32,000 bases of DNA from Candidatus Helarchaeota ASGARD archaeon Hel_GB_B (lineage in GTDB: Archaea > Asgardarchaeota > Lokiarchaeia > Helarchaeales > HEL-GB-B). Both the position numbers and the translations under genes were made by a program. The notes under the pieces are model-generated. The model had not been told where the DNA came from, searched no databases, and saw only the letters and a program-made list of their open reading frames with translations. Below, in pieces: positions 9,101 to 16,107 of this stretch (positions within the stretch are counted from its first letter, which is position 1; each line of letters opens with the position of its first letter). Location of the stretch: assembly GCA_005191425.1 (NCBI GenBank), contig SUPR01000030.1, positions 4,611 to 36,610 of the forward strand, written 5' to 3'.

Positions 9101-9753
9101 ATAAAAACATCCTTAAGAGGGAAGTATAAACATGAACTTAAGAGTGATTAATCAAGTAAAGACTAAGGAAAAGGATTTTAAAAACTTAATGATACGAGAT
9201 AAAAGTGAAAGAAGGGGCAATGAAAGTAGGTAAACAAAAAAAATGTAATAAAGACGGGAACAAACATTTCAAACAAAAGATAAGGACGGATAGAGCAGAA
9301 ATAAAAGAAAAGAAAGAAAAATAATAAAATAGTAGAAATTATTGAGATTTAAAAATTAATTAAGATAAGAGATCAGTTGATATTCAATGAAAATAAATGA
9401 TTTATTTTTTGAATTATCTCATGAGGGGCGTTAATTTCTCTGAAATTGGGAGAAATAATAGATTATAATCAGTGTATATACGGTAAATCGGAACAATTTT
9501 TAAGGTGGACGAAAAAACTTTTCAATTACTTTTGGGAGAAATCAGAACATATAAAGCCATCGGATTTTTTGGTCAAATAAGAGGGCAAGTGGTAATAATT
9601 TTAATTTGAAAATTAAGAAAGTGAATGTTAAAAGTTGTGATAGACCAGTGGATACCGATTAAAAAAAGAATTGGAATAATATAAATAATATAAATACTAA
9701 AAAGTAATAGAATAGAGACAAACAAATTTTATAAAAAGTAATGACGATCAGCA

Positions 9754-10461
9754 ATGACAGAAGATGAAGATAAAGAGAAAACCGAGGCATATAAGAAGTT
9801 TGCCGACAAATTGAAGATTGAGCAGTTAAAAGGAGAAGGAGAAAGGATTCAAGCGCTAAGAAAATTGGTACAAGAGTTTGAAAAAAATTATGGTACGGAT
9901 ATTAAGTTAATGCCAGCGGAAATGCAAAATAAATATAGAGAAATGAGGAAACAAGCGGGTCTACCTGAAATTTCTGAAATAGAAGTAATTGGTCCAATGT
10001 CTGAAAAAAAAGAAAACACACCAGCAAATTTGGCTAACATTATATTAAAGTTAGGGATAGGTAGAAAGGACAAGACAGGTGGGCTTATGTTGCTCTCAGA
10101 ACTAATTATGTTGTTAAGGACACAGACACCGCTGAAAAAAGTAAAAATAGGAGAAGTCAAAAGAGTATTAAAGAGATTAGAGAAAGAAGGGCTTATATCC
10201 GGCTTAAAAAGATTAAACTCAGGGGTAGAAATAGTTGAATTTTTACCGACCGGGTTTAACAAAGACCAAAACATAATATTATCATTAGCGTCATCAAATG
10301 GGGTTCTTACCTTAGAAGAAATTATGCTTAAATTAAATTGGGCGCAAGAGAGAGTTTTAAGAGTGTTGAAAACATTAGAAAAATCTAATATTGCTAAAAG
10401 AGACCATAGTTATGCAGCCGGTCAAAAATGGTATTTTCCAGGGTTAATTAAAGACTCATAA
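9754..10461 (+). CDS. ESCRT-II Vps22/Vps36-like protein (EAP30 domain, tandem winged helices)
   Basis: TGGLMLLSEL, EVKRVLKRL, P.GFNKDQNIILSLASSNGVLTLEEIMLKLNWAQERVLRVLKTL..S.IA..D and W.FPGL align motif-by-motif with SNF8/Vps22 (NGGLITL.EL; PAELNMDH..VL.LA...GYVT...I...L.W..ERA..VL). Confidence 0.85.
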   Translation: MTEDEDKEKTEAYKKFADKLKIEQLKGEGERIQALRKLVQEFEKNYGTDIKLMPAEMQNKYREMRKQAGLPEISEIEVIGPMSEKKENTPANLANIILKLGIGRKDKTGGLMLLSELIMLLRTQTPLKKVKIGEVKRVLKRLEKEGLISGLKRLNSGVEIVEFLPTGFNKDQNIILSLASSNGVLTLEEIMLKLNWAQERVLRVLKTLEKSNIAKRDHSYAAGQKWYFPGLIKDS

Positions 10462-10533
10462 ATATTTTAAATATTTATAATAATAAGCTTTAAAAAAATC
10501 AATTTTTAAGAATATTTGATTAAATGAATTAAA

Positions 10534-11583
10534 ATGATGGTAAAATACTATAAAAAAATTTTTGGAATGTCAGGGGCACCAGTACATGAAATAATAATTG
10601 AAGAATCAATAAAATTATTACCTGAAGAAATTCAGCAATTTTTATCTGAAAAAATAGACGGGAATAAAATTCCGCCCATAGCAACATTGGACCACCACGA
10701 AAATTGGAGGATAATAAAGAAATTAGATACGATGTCATTATCTGATTTAATAATTGAAGGAGGGAGAGCAGAGGACCAATCATATAGGGCTAAAAAATAT
10801 TATGTTGATGACCGGCCAATGAGTTCAATTTTTGGTGTTTCAGTCCCAAGTCTGACCCACTATTGGTGTTATGAATTATATAAATCAGTTAAAAAGGACG
10901 TGGGGTTAATTACGGTTAAAAATGTTAAGACGCCGTTTTGGTGGGTGCCTGGGGTAAATGTTATTATAGAAAAAATTCTTCAAATGCTGTCTAAAAAGAA
11001 TATACCTTATCAAAGTGCACTTTCTAGGGCGTTAATTTATTGGGAAGATGATATATTTTATTATAGAGAAAAATACAATGACCCGTCACATAGAGCAGAA
11101 ATTTTTCTAATTTTAGGTCGGATATTACATTTATTAACAGATATAGGGGTCCCAGCCCATATTCATTGCGATACGCACATACCATATTTTGACCCAGATT
11201 CTTACGAATTTAATGTTGGATTTTGGATGAATGAACATAAAAGGATATGGAAGGTAAGAGGGGACGAACAAATCTTTTTTAATGATAAATGGGAAAGTAT
11301 TCTCTTATATTTCAACCGATATGCGGAGATATCTTCATTATTTGATTCTGATGATGTAGATGGGTTTGGAAAAGGAAAACCTTATAGATGGCCTAAAAAG
11401 GAAAGACTTGGGATATCTGGATATTTAAGTCAATCAGCTTGTAAACAAATAGGAAATATATTAATACCGCTAGCTTTCAGAATTACAGCGGGTATAATTT
11501 TATTATTTTTTAAGATATTTTTTCCAAGTTTTTGGAAAGACAATCGAGATAAATTTTTAAAGAATACTACTGATCAATTATAA
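10534..11583 (+). CDS. Zinc-dependent phospholipase C / S1-P1 nuclease superfamily protein
   Basis: N-terminal H (PVHEII), THYW, LGRILHLLTDIGVPAH (H-x3-D-x4-P-H Zn motif) and downstream SYE. No obvious signal peptide. Confidence 0.65.
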   Translation: MMVKYYKKIFGMSGAPVHEIIIEESIKLLPEEIQQFLSEKIDGNKIPPIATLDHHENWRIIKKLDTMSLSDLIIEGGRAEDQSYRAKKYYVDDRPMSSIFGVSVPSLTHYWCYELYKSVKKDVGLITVKNVKTPFWWVPGVNVIIEKILQMLSKKNIPYQSALSRALIYWEDDIFYYREKYNDPSHRAEIFLILGRILHLLTDIGVPAHIHCDTHIPYFDPDSYEFNVGFWMNEHKRIWKVRGDEQIFFNDKWESILLYFNRYAEISSLFDSDDVDGFGKGKPYRWPKKERLGISGYLSQSACKQIGNILIPLAFRITAGIILLFFKIFFPSFWKDNRDKFLKNTTDQL

Positions 11584-11676
11584 GATATGATGAATGAAAT
11601 CAACTTATGATTTTGCTCCCACATATTATTTAGATAATATTTACTTTTTAATTGTGTGTCTCTAAAATACAATAAT

Positions 11677-12387
11677 ATGAACGAAAACACTCTTTTTGAT
11701 GTACGAAGCCTTTATATTTTAAAGGACGGAGTGCCAGTTTTTCATTGGCATTATATTAATGACAAAGAATTGAATATAGAAAAAGAAGAGAAAGATTCGG
11801 TTTTAATTTCTGGCTTTTTAAGTGCAATTGTAGTATTTGCAAATGAAATAGGGATCGGAGAGCCCAAGAGTTATTTGACAGATGACATCAAATTTTCCTT
11901 TTTGAATAAAAATGGTTTTCTATTTGTAATTTCTATTGAAAAGGACATCCCTGACGAACAAGCCTATGATTTTTTGAATATAGTTTCCAAGACATTTATC
12001 AAATTATATGATGTAGGTGATTTTCATAACTTACAAGCGATAAATTTCGATGAATTTAAAGAATATTTATTTGAAATAATAAAGAAATTCAATATAAAAA
12101 ATATAACAAATGAAAAAATAAATGAGGATGAGATTATAAAAGAAATCCCAAATAAGAGCAATATATATAAAAATTTAATTCCAAAATGCTATATTGATTT
12201 AGAAAGAAATAAACACTTTTCTAGTTTAAGGCGTACTTTATTTAAATTAATTGATGGGAATATTTCGATATATAATATTGCCCAGAAAATGAACTATAAC
12301 CCACAGGACATTTATTATACACTACGGTCATATGAAAAATTTGGATATATTCAGATCAAAAAAATTGATAATAATGAAGAATCCTAA
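11677..12387 (+). CDS. Longin-like domain protein with C-terminal winged HTH
   Basis: YILKDGVPVF...LISGFLSAIVVFANEIG...FLFVISI...L..V...F..LY is an Asgard longin pattern. The C-terminus LFKLIDGNISIYNIAQKM......IYYTL..YEKFGYI is wHTH-like. ATG at 11677 is preferred over the track's GTG at 11656. Confidence 0.65.
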   Translation: MNENTLFDVRSLYILKDGVPVFHWHYINDKELNIEKEEKDSVLISGFLSAIVVFANEIGIGEPKSYLTDDIKFSFLNKNGFLFVISIEKDIPDEQAYDFLNIVSKTFIKLYDVGDFHNLQAINFDEFKEYLFEIIKKFNIKNITNEKINEDEIIKEIPNKSNIYKNLIPKCYIDLERNKHFSSLRRTLFKLIDGNISIYNIAQKMNYNPQDIYYTLRSYEKFGYIQIKKIDNNEES

Positions 12388-12530
12388 AGAAAAAGGGCAT
12401 AAAAATGTAAATAAATAAGGAAAAAAAGTACGAACAAAAAACAAATTTTTTAAAAAATAAACCAAGGTTTTAAGATAAAAGATAGTTTTAGATGGTATAA
12501 AAAAGGTAAACTAGAAATCAAGGGGAGTCG

Positions 12531-12723
12531 AGAAAATATATTTATGCAGAAGCGATAAGGCTCTTCCGTGTTCGGGATGGGTAACGGGTGTTTCCCTTCA
12601 CCTATGATCGTGATTAAAGTCACAACCATCCTAAGTTCCCATACACTCTCGTAGTATAGTACAGTTAGGACCGCGTGAAGGCTTAATTCGGCGTCTTATT
12701 ACTTCTTTTGCATTATATTTCCT
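12531..12723 (-). other. Processing stem around the 5S gene with outer canonical and inner relaxed bulge-helix-bulge motifs
   Basis: 5' arm AGGAAATATA-ATGC-AAA-AGAAGTAATAAG-AC-GCCG-AAT pairs with 3' arm CGGA-AGA-GC-CTTATCGCTTCT-GCAT-AAA-TATATTTTCT. Confidence 0.85.
12563..12686 (-). rRNA. rrf: 5S rRNA gene, circularly permuted: 3' half 12686-12620, linker 12619-12614, 5' half 12613-12563
   Basis: Minus strand: TTAAGCCTTCACGCGGTCCTAACTGTACTATACTACGAGAGTGTATGGGAACTTAGGATGGTTGTGA-CTTTAA-TCACGATCATAGGTGAAGGGAAACACCCGTTACCCATCCCGAACACGGAAG. The halves total 118 nt. Helices seen: I TCACGATC/GGTTGTGA, II GTGAAGG/CCTTCAC, TCCTAA/TTAGGA, and a GAGA tetraloop; the conserved CCCATCCCGAAC is present. 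Confidence 0.93.
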
Positions 12724-13254
12724 CAAACAGGAAATAAAACGATTTTAAAGGTGTATAGCTTAAATTTTAAGTTATAAATTAAATTAAGATTATAAATTAC
12801 CATAAATAATGAAATTTAAAGTTTTTCTATATAAAAATGAATTATGCAAATTTCAAGTGAAAATTAAATTTTTATGATCAAATGTACATTTTTAAGACAA
12901 ATAAAATAAAAAAAATAAATGGTAAAAGAAATTAATTGGAAAAATATATTAATTTTAGAAGTATTAATAAAAATAATTAATGGGATTTGGAAAACTCCAT
13001 AAATAAAAATAAATTAAGATTATTCGGGGTTAAAGAATTTTTAAAAGATAGATAAAGGCTATAAATATTAGGAAGTTTCAATAGAAATTGGAAAATAATT
13101 AGATAAAATTTAAATTTCACCAAAAAATATTAATGAATAAAAAAGTAAAAAAATTTAAATAAAATAGATTATATGAAAAAAAGAATTAATTTTTAAAAAC
13201 TTATGAAATAAATACTAAAAATCAATTGGTTAAAATAATTGGAGTAAAGTAATA

Positions 13255-14379
13255 ATGACATTTGGAACCGATAATATATGGACAATGGTATATAATGCTA
13301 TTTTTCTTTTAGTTATAATAATATTTTCATTATATGGACAAAAATTACAGAGTCTTTTTTGGTTGCAATCGATAAAGAATGCTGTAGAAGAATTAAAATC
13401 AATGACATTAAAAGCTAGGGATTTACTTGTAGAAAAAATAAAGGAAATAGGGAAACCAAAAAAAGATCCAAAAGCAGCAGTAAATTCTTTTCTGGAATTT
13501 TTCACAGTTACACCGGTAGATTTAGACCCCGCAGGAGTTATTCAAAGGTTAGAGCATGTATTAGATGTCAGAAAAAATCGTTGGGAAGAGCAAGTAAAAC
13601 AGATGGCGCCAGAAGCTAATGAGGTATATGCGGCAAATATTGAGAATGCATTAGAAGCTGCACTTGGGCTCCATCAAATTTTTAAAACTGTAAGGCATTA
13701 TTATATTTTAGGTAAAAAGTCAAAAAGCCTAATGGTGATTATGCAGATTCAGATGCAGTTGTCATTAATAATGCAACAAGCTAAAGCAGTAGAAAATGCT
13801 TTAAATGCCTTTATAGAAGGTAAGCCTATTGGTGATAGCGTAGGGCCTTTAGTAGTAACTAAATTGGTCCAAAATTATGGCTCTGAAGGTAATCCCGTTA
13901 AGAAAATTGAAGACTATACAAAAGAAATAAATCTTTATGAATTAAACATTGAGGGCAGAAATGCATTTATTATAAGAGCAAAGGGGCCAGGTGCAACAGT
14001 AGGAAAGCCGGGTGAAGCAATTAAAAAACTATTAAATGAGAAAAAAAATATTTCAAGGTTATTTATGGTGGATGCTGGGTTGAAATTAGAAGGAGAGAAA
14101 ACAGGTGCGGTAATTGAAGGTGTAGGTGCGGTAATTGGTGGTTTTGGAGTAGAAAAATACAAAATAGAAGAAGCAGCTGGAGTAAAAAACAAATTACCAA
14201 TGGACGGGTATGTAATAAAAGAATCAATTGAGGATGCTTATGGTCCAATGAAAAAAGAGATTGCTGATGGTGCCGATAAAGCCGTAAAATTATTGATCCA
14301 AGGAATAAAAGAACGAACTTTAGAGAACGACAATATTATAATTGCTGGAATTGGAAATTGTTGCGGTATAGGCGATTAA
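13255..14379 (+). CDS. DUF1512 family protein (N-terminal TM; C-terminal HybD/YyaC-like domain)
   Basis: P.DLDPAG...RL.H.L, GKPIGDSVGPLV, GPG.TVGKPG, MVDAGLKLEGE.TG...EG.G..IGG.G.EK..IE and terminal IAGIGN..GI are characteristic of archaeal DUF1512. Confidence 0.8.
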   Translation: MTFGTDNIWTMVYNAIFLLVIIIFSLYGQKLQSLFWLQSIKNAVEELKSMTLKARDLLVEKIKEIGKPKKDPKAAVNSFLEFFTVTPVDLDPAGVIQRLEHVLDVRKNRWEEQVKQMAPEANEVYAANIENALEAALGLHQIFKTVRHYYILGKKSKSLMVIMQIQMQLSLIMQQAKAVENALNAFIEGKPIGDSVGPLVVTKLVQNYGSEGNPVKKIEDYTKEINLYELNIEGRNAFIIRAKGPGATVGKPGEAIKKLLNEKKNISRLFMVDAGLKLEGEKTGAVIEGVGAVIGGFGVEKYKIEEAAGVKNKLPMDGYVIKESIEDAYGPMKKEIADGADKAVKLLIQGIKERTLENDNIIIAGIGNCCGIGD

Positions 14380-14395
14380 GTTAGGGTGTAGGTTC

Positions 14396-14794
14396 TTGTC
14401 TGAAGAGAAAAATGTTAAATTATCATCAAGAATTTTAAAAGCATTAGGATTATTCCTAATGATTGTTTTTGTTATTATAATGTATATTGGGTTTATTTCA
14501 AACCCTATGGATTTAAACCTAATAATTTTAGGAATGAGTGGGCTATTTATAAGCGTACTTCTACAATCTCTAGCGGCAAAAGGTGTTGTTAAGCCAGAAT
14601 TTGTTATGATATCAGAAATTAAATGTTCAAGTCCAAAATGCGACTTCCATAAATTTCGGTTGTTCAAGGAAGGAGATTATGTATATAAAAAGTTTGGCGT
14701 TTGTGAGAAATGTTCAACGGGTAAAATGTTAATACAAAACATTATCCAAATGAATGAAAAGGAATTTAAAAAGATTATTTCAAATCCGAAATAA
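14396..14794 (+). CDS. Membrane protein (2 TM) with C-terminal Zn ribbon
   Basis: Two hydrophobic helices, then C-x4-C (CSSPKC)...R.FKEGDYVYK...CxxC (CEKC). Confidence 0.75.
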   Translation: MSEEKNVKLSSRILKALGLFLMIVFVIIMYIGFISNPMDLNLIILGMSGLFISVLLQSLAAKGVVKPEFVMISEIKCSSPKCDFHKFRLFKEGDYVYKKFGVCEKCSTGKMLIQNIIQMNEKEFKKIISNPK

Positions 14795-14806
14795 ATTGAA
14801 AAATAT

Positions 14807-15289
14807 TTAATTGGACGATTTTTTTATAATATTACCTTTCCTATCTATTTCTCCAGCTCTTATTCTTGTTGAGGATATTGGTATTTTGTCTTTTGAGTAT
14901 AAAAGAGGGATAACAATAATTACTAACGGGACAAGTCCTTTTTTAGTCCTAATTTCATTAATTTTTAAAGCTCCTTGATAAGTATCAGTACTTACGACAA
15001 TAGCATCTTGGTCTTTATCGGTAATTGCGGTGCCAAAATTATCTTTAAGAGTGGTAATAATTGCTCTTTCATATAAATTATTTTTTTTCAAATAAGAGAT
15101 CAAGTTATTCTTTCTAATTTTAAAAACAGGGATCTTATTTGAGTATTTTTTATTTTTTATCATGTCGTCAATAGTAATTGCAATAACAACTTTTTCTCCC
15201 AAATCAAACGCTGTTTTAAGTAATTTTTCATGTCCAATATGGAACTGAGAAAATGTGCCTGCCACTCCTACTCTATTAAATGGTCTCAT
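14807..15289 (-). CDS. coaD: Phosphopantetheine adenylyltransferase (archaeal type)
   Basis: VAGTF..FH.GH (HxGH), G..V.I.IT.D, L.DNFG, AIVVS.DT and ISSTRIRAGEID..G. ATG at 15289 is preferred over the track's 15322. Confidence 0.9.
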   Translation of the reverse strand: MRPFNRVGVAGTFSQFHIGHEKLLKTAFDLGEKVVIAITIDDMIKNKKYSNKIPVFKIRKNNLISYLKKNNLYERAIITTLKDNFGTAITDKDQDAIVVSTDTYQGALKINEIRTKKGLVPLVIIVIPLLYSKDKIPISSTRIRAGEIDRKGNIIKKSSN

Positions 15290-15390
15290 CTTAATTTCAT
15301 ACCAGTAAATGGACGGAAGCAATCAAGATAAAAGAAAATAAATTAAAATCAGTATATGTTACTATGGACTACTCTGATAAAAAAAAGAGA

Positions 15391-15858
15391 TTAAATATTA
15401 TCCAAATCGCCCAAGGCTGATTTTAAATCTTCTTCTTCATCACTTAGAGCTCCACTTTCAAATGGTGGTTGTTCGCCTAAGAATTCGCTCAATACTTTCT
15501 CTAGTTCAGATGAAGCGGATTTCATTACTAATCTAATCATCCCAATGTTTACGTCTTTATCACTGATTAAACATAAAACGCCTGACCCACATGATGCTGC
15601 GAAAATTTTGCCATCATCGAATTCAGAGGTTACTATATTTAAATTTCCAATATCCAATGACCTACCCTGTTCTTCACTAGCACAAAATACGGCTGAAGCA
15701 ATAGCTCCGATCCCATCAACGTCCACGGGATAATAGGAAAATTTAGAAACATGAGCTATTGTTAATCCCGTCCTATCTGCTAAGATAACTTTTTTGATAC
15801 CCGGTTCGCTCTTTATAATTCTCGCGAGAATTTTATCGAACGCTTTTACATCCATCAT
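15391..15858 (-). CDS. Roadblock/LC7 (MglB-like) domain protein with acidic tail
   Basis: GIKKVILADRTGLTIA, IGAIASAVF...E..G..L..G.L, E...GKIF...CGSGVLCLI...VNIGMIRL.M....ELE. Confidence 0.9.
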   Translation of the reverse strand: MMDVKAFDKILARIIKSEPGIKKVILADRTGLTIAHVSKFSYYPVDVDGIGAIASAVFCASEEQGRSLDIGNLNIVTSEFDDGKIFAASCGSGVLCLISDKDVNIGMIRLVMKSASSELEKVLSEFLGEQPPFESGALSDEEEDLKSALGDLDNI

Positions 15859-16107
15859 TTATGAAACACCAAATTATGAAATTCATAAAACATATTTTAA
15901 CAATCATTTATGAGTGTTATGTTGATTAATAATTTAATTATTATAATTTATTGAGTTATATTAAACTTTTTAATTTTTTTATTTTTCTTAAATGATCGAT
16001 TTTTAGTCGATTTTGGTAAGTTTAAAAGTTTACGAGGCAATGAGGGAAGATATTTAAGCTAAAATTTTATATATAAATGAATAATATGGAACGGAATTGG
16101 AACATTG

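Noticed and set aside
12531-12723. Idea that the permuted 5S is an assembly artefact or a tRNA-intron locus
   Set aside because: An artefact would not create unique flanks forming a ~30-bp stem with two BHBs that rejoin the exact loop-C sequence; no tRNA cloverleaf is present. Read-level confirmation is still advisable.
12723-12800. TATA-like hexamers upstream of the 5S precursor
   Set aside because: Several TTTAA candidates occur in very AT-rich DNA, so none can be singled out.
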